DNA from: the human T2T-CHM13v2.0 reference genome, Homo sapiens
Assembly (NCBI RefSeq): GCF_009914755.1
Contig: NC_060934.1
DNA length: 64,000 bases
Strand: one strand, 5' to 3'
The notes below the pieces were generated by a model, which was not told the origin of the DNA, ran no database searches, and was given only the letters and a program-made list of their open reading frames with translations. Below, piece by piece: positions 54,578 through 64,000 of this stretch (the first letter of the stretch is position 1; every line of letters starts with the position of its first letter). The position numbers and the translations under genes were made by a program.

Positions 54578-55440
54578 CCGCGTGGGTCGCTCGGCGATGG
54601 GGTTGGGGATTTTCACGGTGCTGTCCCCCAACTCGAACTTCACACCTTGACCGAGGACCCCCGGGAGGCGGCCGCGAGGTCCCCCAGCGCGGCGGGGCCC
54701 GGCCCTTTAAGCGCCGCGGGCGCGCGCAGTGCGTGCCTAAGGATTGCGAGTTCGGGCGGCGCGAGCGCGCGGCGGCAGTAGAGCGCGCGCGGGTGGGCGC
54801 GCACAGGGAGAGCGCGCGGCGGGGCGTCCCGGAACAGTCTGCGCCAGACGGGCGGCGGCGTGAGGGCTCCGGGTCGCTGGCGGCGTGGACACCTGAGTCC
54901 CGGGGTAGGGGTCTCCCGCGAGGTGAGTGGGGCCCTAGGACTCCGGGCAGGGCTGGAGCGACGGGAGGGCGTCCTGGCGGCGGTGGCGGCGCTGGGCTCT
55001 GGCTGGGACGCCGGCGGGTCGGGCAGAGAGGGGGCGCCGGACCCTGCCTTGGCGCGCTCCTCGCTCTGACTAGGGGAGCCCGGCGCCGCCGCCGCAGAGG
55101 CCACCCGGTGCCCGACCCCCGACCCCGGGGCGTCGCTGCCTCCTCGGGGACCTCGGAGTCGGGGCGCGGCGGGGAGCGCGCTGGGTTCCGAGTCTGGGGC
55201 TATCCTGGGGGCTCAGGGGTGGAGGCGGGTTTCCCAGCCTTGGGCGCAGAGGGTCCCCGCTGTCCCCACCGTCCGTCCCCCAACCCGGGACCCCTGTCCT
55301 TTGCGCCGTGGGACCCCATGCGGCCTCGGGGAGAGGGTGCGGGTCCGACACGGCGGGCGGAGCCACCTGTTCCACCCGGGCCCCCAGGTCCTGGAATCAC
55401 GCGGGGATGTGCAGGGTCTGCCCAGCCCAGCGCGGCGGGA
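54578..55440 (+). promoter_or_regulatory. CpG-island promoter of an unidentified + strand gene
   Basis: Very GC-rich, dense CpG and GCGC tracts, GC-box-like motifs, TATA-like TTTAAG at 54706, donor site inside the island. Confidence 0.9.
54727..54922 (+). other. Putative non-coding first exon (5' end uncertain)
   Basis: No ATG in 54727-54922; strong donor GAG|GTGAGT at 54922/54923 in the island core. Confidence 0.7.
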
Positions 55441-55610
55441 GGGACTAAAATAGAGGAGAAAATGTGGCCCGTGTGATGAAATTGAACAAAAGGCAGTAAA
55501 ATAAACTCCAGTATTTCTCCAAGGCTTTGAAAGTTTCCCAGTATTGTTTTACGGAGTCTAAATTTAAGCATGTAGTTGTTTGGTGTATTTTTTTTTTTCC
55601 TTAACCACAG

Positions 55611-55674
55611 GAACTAACCTCAGAAAACTTTTAACTCTACCAGAACCTAGTGCGTGCAGAGCAGAAAAGTTAAA
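55611..55674 (+). other. Candidate 64-nt cassette 5'UTR exon
   Basis: Long T-tract plus CCTTAACCACAG acceptor ending 55610; AAA|GTGAGT donor at 55674/55675; no ATG. Confidence 0.35.
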
Positions 55675-57319
55675 GTGAGTGAAGGAAAATGAGTGTGTGT
55701 GTGTTTTTCCACCCTAAACAGAGTAAAACGTTCAGATCTGTAGGAAGAAGGTTCTTTCTGGCTCCAATTTTAACGGAGAACATTTTTTAAAAATCGGTAT
55801 TTCTGAAAGGTATCGAAAGACCAAACCAGGCGTACGTGGAAACTTGAGGGAAATACTCATAGGAGAAAACTTTATTAAAAATACTTTTTACATTATTTTT
55901 TAAAAACACTACATAAAAGTGCCCCAGCATGCACTAAAAAGTTTGCCCTCCAAGTTCCGTGTCTGAATGTTACTGATTGTTTTTCTAGGTGGAGGAGGTA
56001 TTTTCGTTCATGAAGCCAATGTGGAAATACAAACAAATGCCCTATTGACTTGGGATTGGGTGGGAAGGATGGAAGTTGTCTAAAATCTTTCTTGCCAAAG
56101 TTGACAGCGTATGTATGGAATCTTGTGTGTTTTCTTGTCCAGACTAGTAATAGCCATGTTAAAGCGACTGGATTATATTCCTTGGTAACAGCACTTCAAA
56201 TGAGCTTTCTTTGAAAATTTTAGATGCTGATGATTTAAAAGTAACACATTTTCTCCATTACTAGAAATCAGAAATCCAAAATTAGAGTGATATAGTGGAG
56301 CGAAGGCTGGAAAGAGGAGCGATGCTTTTAGGAAGGTCTGAGCGTGTTTGAATCTGTGGTTGCCGGGGGTGGGGGAGTTGCCCATTAATTCATTCAGGAA
56401 TATTTGTAGACTGACCACCTACAGCGCGCAGAGCCGTGACTGGTCGTCCAGCATACAGTCATTTCTAGATAACAGCCACATGGCCCAAACTGATTAAAAC
56501 CAGATCAAGCAAGCCTTCATCGGCAGCTGAAGAGATACCTGGCCTTGGTTCCAAAGTTCTTAGACACCCAAGGCGCCCAGAGTTGGCACTGTGTGTTGAT
56601 TTGGAAGATCATCTCAGATAACTCCAGGAGTGGAGCCTGGAAACCTGAAGGGGGAGAGAGGAAGGGCCTGCGTAGAGCAGAGCTGAGAACAGGGGAGCCT
56701 CTAGAACTAGAAGTTCAAGTGCATCTTATCTGCAGTGTTGTGGGGCAGCTGCCGGTGGCACAGAGGCCATTCGGGAGGTGCCAGGGGAATCCTAGGAGCA
56801 TCCCAGAACCTGAGCTCTTTCCTTTGACGGTGAAGGCCATCGTTGCGTTTCACTTTCCTTTGCACTTGGTGGCTTGCTTCCTAGGTGCCTCTGTGCTCTA
56901 AGAAGAGGGCCTTGCGACTCCGCCCCTGATTGACTGCAGCCGTCCCCGCTCCACTCTGAGGGGTCTCCTGGCCACCATAGGAAAGCCTGTGTTCATGGAG
57001 GCACTGCCCTCTGCACGGGTTATGTCCAGCCAGTGGCATCAACAGCCTCTGTCTGCGGAACTCACAGTGAAGGTGCCGCTTTCCATAATGCCCTTGTCCC
57101 CTTTCTAGACTGGCAGCATTCATCTTGAAACCTAAGAGTATTTTAAGAAAGTTGGTGCTAGGTTTCTAATCTGTGCATTCAGGATTGGCAGGGAAGGACT
57201 GTATGGGGAGAGCATTCTGCCTTGTCGGACAGGGATGGGAGAGCTCTTCGTGAACGTGTCTCTTCGGACTAGGTATTGCCAGAGACTGTAGCACTGTGAA
57301 GAGTTCATGCTGTTTATCT

Positions 57320-58790
<1,471 letters not shown>

Positions 58791-59041
58791 AGAACTCGAT
58801 TCTCTTTTTGTGTTAGCTTTCGTATCATGAAATTTTGCATGTGACTAAGTACAGTTATTTGTATAGGGCTCGGTTTGTATATTTAGGTTCCTTCCTAAAG
58901 CTTCATTCTGTTGTGGGTTTTTTCCTGCTTTCTCTTTTAGGCTGCTGCTGCTTCTCCTCGGAAGCCAGTTGTCTGACTTGCGCTTTGTCATTTTTAATCT
59001 TCTGCCTGTTGTAGTTCTTGACCCCAAGCCTGGGGTATTGA

Positions 59042-59420
<379 letters not shown>

Positions 59421-59851
59421 TCTCTTTTTGATACATGTCTCTTTGTGATGTGCACAGATTACATTTTATTTTTTTTAATTAGGTTAATGGGCATATCAGG
59501 ATAAAGAATGGTACTGCACTGGAATTTAAGGGATCTGTGTCAGGTTTCAGCCCCCAATAGCTGTGTGGCCTCAGGGTTCACCCTTCACCCTTCTGGAACT
59601 TGGTTTCCTGGTCTATAAAATTTAGGGTAAGGCTGAATGACTTCTCAGACCTTGAAACTGGAGTTTCACTATAGCTTTCCTTTACAAACCGGATTCTGGG
59701 GGTATTTCAAACCATTTAGTTTGCACATATTACTTAAAGGAACTCTCTGTGTGAAAAAAAAAAAAAAAGTCTATACTCCTTTGTACTAGACTATAAACAG
59801 GTGAGTTGGGTCCATTGCTGCCTCCAAAAATAGTACAATTGGTATTTTCTA

Positions 59852-60178
<327 letters not shown>

Positions 60179-60755
60179 CATGCTGAGAGTTTAAAGAGTT
60201 GTAGTGAAGATTTGAGTTCCTAACACGCTGGGAATATGGAGGTGACTAAGGCAGTGTGGGCCCTGCTCCCATGAAGGCTTGCTTGGGTAAAGGAGACATT
60301 CAATGTCCGATGTGAATTGATAACAGAGACCCACAGGTGTTTTGGGAGCAGAGGACAGAGAGTCTTTCTGTCAGGGGTGTCAGAACACCAGCTGGAGAAC
60401 GTAGCATTTGAGCTGGGCCAACAAGGGCAGCATAGGGGGCAATTTAGGCCAACATGGTGGAATTGAGGAGTCAGTTATTATGCCGCAAGGGGTTAGCCTT
60501 CCAGTCGGGGGCATGGACCAGCGAAGCTTTCTGAGTAGGTTGCAGTGGCAGATCTTGTTTCCCGGCTCTCCTGTGGAGTAGACGTTTACATATGGAGGGA
60601 TTAACTTGAAGTTGAACAGGATGTTAGGGACTGAGGAAGACAGAATAGAAAAAGGAGGATATAAGATGGTATGAACAAGGGGAAGACACCTGGGCATGTC
60701 AATTGTCGAATTGAATTTTAGGTTCAAAAAAAAGTTTTTTAAAAGTATTACATAC

Positions 60756-61044
60756 CCAGGCATGCTAGATCATGCCTGTAATCCCAACAGTTTGGGAGGC
60801 CAAGGTGGGAGGATTGCTTGAACCCAGGAGTTTGAGACCAGTCTGGGAAACATAGGGAGACCCCCATCTACAAAAAATTAAAAAATTAGCCAGGTGTGGT
60901 AGTGTGTACCTGTAGACCCAGCTACTCAGGACGCTGAGGCAGGAGATGCTTGAGCCCAGGAGGTTGAGGCTACAGTGAGCTGTGATTGTGCCACTGCATT
61001 CTAGCCTGTAAGACAGAGCGAGACCCTGTCTCAAAAAAAAAAAA
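60756..61044 (+). mobile_element. AluJ
   Basis: Dimer with poly(A). Confidence 0.92.
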
Positions 61045-61287
61045 GAGTGTTGTGCTACAGTAGAAAGCTAGAACCAGCTCTGTCAGACTTGCCAAACTGA
61101 CTTAGAGGCGCTGTACCGTGGTTTCTTTATATGCCACAAATTGCCCTCCATCTACACCAGGTAACCAATGAATTTGTTGCATGAGCTCCTGCTAATGCCA
61201 GCAGTATCACTTTAAGAATGAGATGGCACTAAAATGTGCATGAGGTGAGTCTGCTCTGTTAATTTTCTTTTTTTTCTTTACTTCTGA

Positions 61288-62063
<776 letters not shown>

Positions 62064-64000
62064 GTCGACTCTACCCTTGAGCTACTTAAAGGTGTCCTGA
62101 TTTCTCTGAGAGAGGTTGATAGCCATTCCTTGGACTTCTGAAAATAGTAACATGGGAACTGTTAGTTGGAATCTTCCAGTTTTTTCAACAAACATTTGGT
62201 GGTCCCCATTGCTTAAAAATGTGCTAAAAACCCCTGCTTTCTCTCTGCCCTATTAAAACTGGGTAATGCCTTTGTGCCCACAGGCTTGGATTGACTTGAG
62301 GAATTTGCTAGCAGGTTCCCCAGAGGTATAGGAAGAGCGGGAGGAGAAGCAGCCTCTAGCTCCTGCCCAGAGAGGAGGTGGTTACTGGCCTCACCTTACT
62401 GACATCATCCATCATCTGGCTCGCAAAGGGACTGGTGGAAGATGAGGTTAAAAGTTTCATGCTTTGGATTCCCACCAGGAGGTCTTGTGTGAGCTTGTTC
62501 CACCCTGGTGTGGATTTAAATCTGTTCAACTTGAGATAAGATATGTAAATCAGACCACGGCTGCCAGTCTAACCAGGTGTTATAAATACCAGTGCTAAAT
62601 GAACATGCTCTAAGCCAGCTTTCTTTTCACTGGGAGCATGGATTAAAAATTCAGCCAAGAATTTTGAGCTTCTTGGGGTGGGGGTGTTGGGGGAGCACTG
62701 TAGAACCCTAAACAATAAGGTGTAATAATTCCTTCCTAGCAAGAAGTACTACATTTATCTCATTAGTGAAGCACATATTGGGTGCTCGGTAATATTTGCT
62801 AAGCAAATAAAGACAAAGCACACAAACTTGTTTCACAAAAGTAGAATGACTTCAACTGGAATTTTCTTCTATCCATAAATAATTTGCTCAGGAATCCAGA
62901 AATGTAATAGACATACCAGCTGTCCATTTTTCAAAAATGAGCTGAGTAAAAAACGTGCAGTGTCTCTCTTCACAAACATTTCTTTTTTCAATTTTCATTA
63001 TTTTCCAAAACCTCGGAGATTGATACCAGTTTGCAAACATTGCATCAGCTAGAACTGTTCCCCAGCTAGACTCTGCTCTGGTTGACCTCCCCTCGCCTTC
63101 CTTCTGGGTCATTCCTTTTTGTTACTAGGACCCAATCAGATGTCTGGTCAAGATTGTTTTCAGGTGAGATTTTACTTTAGGAAAATCTGGTTTTGGTATC
63201 TTTTTCAGTGATGGCGAACCGACACTAGGAAACTTCTTCCCTCGAGGCCTGTTAAAACCCAGCCTCTCTAGGTAAGGCGACCTGGTGAACTTGTTTGCTT
63301 TAAGTGTGGGCGAAATCAATTACTTCCATGTGATGTGTGGCTGGGAGTAAATCACTGCTCCTATTAACACAGCTGAAACTATTCACAACAGAGACAGTTT
63401 GAAATCAACCTCGTTTTTGTATATTGTTCAGAAAGTGCTTTTTATTTTAAAAAAATAAATTTAAAATTAAAAAAATAAGTGAAAGCATGATCATTCTTCC
63501 AGGAAGTAGAATTACTAGCCTTTTAAAATCTGTGTTTAAGGTTCTAAGTTCTTACGTAAGGCATTTCAGAAGTAAGGGAAATCCCAGTTTGGAGGAAAAG
63601 CAGAATCATAGGAAAAGGGTGCTAAACCGTGACCGCATCGATGTTTCAAACTCCAGAACAAAACTGCCCACACTCCCAGCAGCCAACTTCCACCTGGATC
63701 TTTCTTTGATCTTCAGTGCTGGGATATAGTCCTCGTTTGCTTAGGGAGAATTTTTGGAAGCATTCTTTTCTTTCCAAGGTTTTTTTCTTGAAATTGAGAA
63801 ATAGCGCAGACTAAAGAGTAGTTGCTTCATATGCTTCATATTTATTTTACTGCAGCCTCTGTATTTCTGTGGAGGCCCATTTTTAAGATTAATTTTGTTC
63901 ATGGATTACACGTGTAGAGCATACACATTCATACTGACATGGATTACCTGTTAATATTGGGAGGCGTTACTGGGTTAGCGTGTGTAATGTTTATTGGTGT

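Noticed and set aside
54568-55476. 302-aa ORF and overlapping opposite-strand ORFs
   Set aside because: Stop-poor GC-rich CpG island; low-complexity G/R/P/A product, non-ATG start, and it crosses a strong splice donor

Overview
Primate (human-like) euchromatic genomic DNA with no supportable intact protein-coding exon. About 65-70 Alu copies or fragments (counted by eye; roughly a quarter or more of the window) are interspersed with older L1/HAL1, L2 and MIR fragments, solo LTRs (THE1B, MLT1, MLT2, LTR16-like, MER4A, LTR13) and DNA-transposon MITEs (MER1A, MER20, MER45A, MADE1). A strong CpG island at ~54.58-55.44 kb looks like the promoter of a + strand gene with an ATG-less first exon ending at a canonical GAG|GTGAGT donor (54922/54923); the last ~9 kb is probably its first intron. 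I cannot name the gene. The ORF track is essentially all artefact (Alu-, CA-repeat- and GC-rich-derived frames). I do not see a convincing novel biological system. The best leads are a possible decayed pair of minus-strand coding exons at ~39.3-40.1 kb, candidate CTCF sites (one inside a solo LTR13 nested in MER4A), a candidate cassette 5'UTR exon, and several well-resolved retrotransposition events. Repeat names come from recalled consensus features, not a database search. Repeat boundaries are approximate unless a TSD is quoted.
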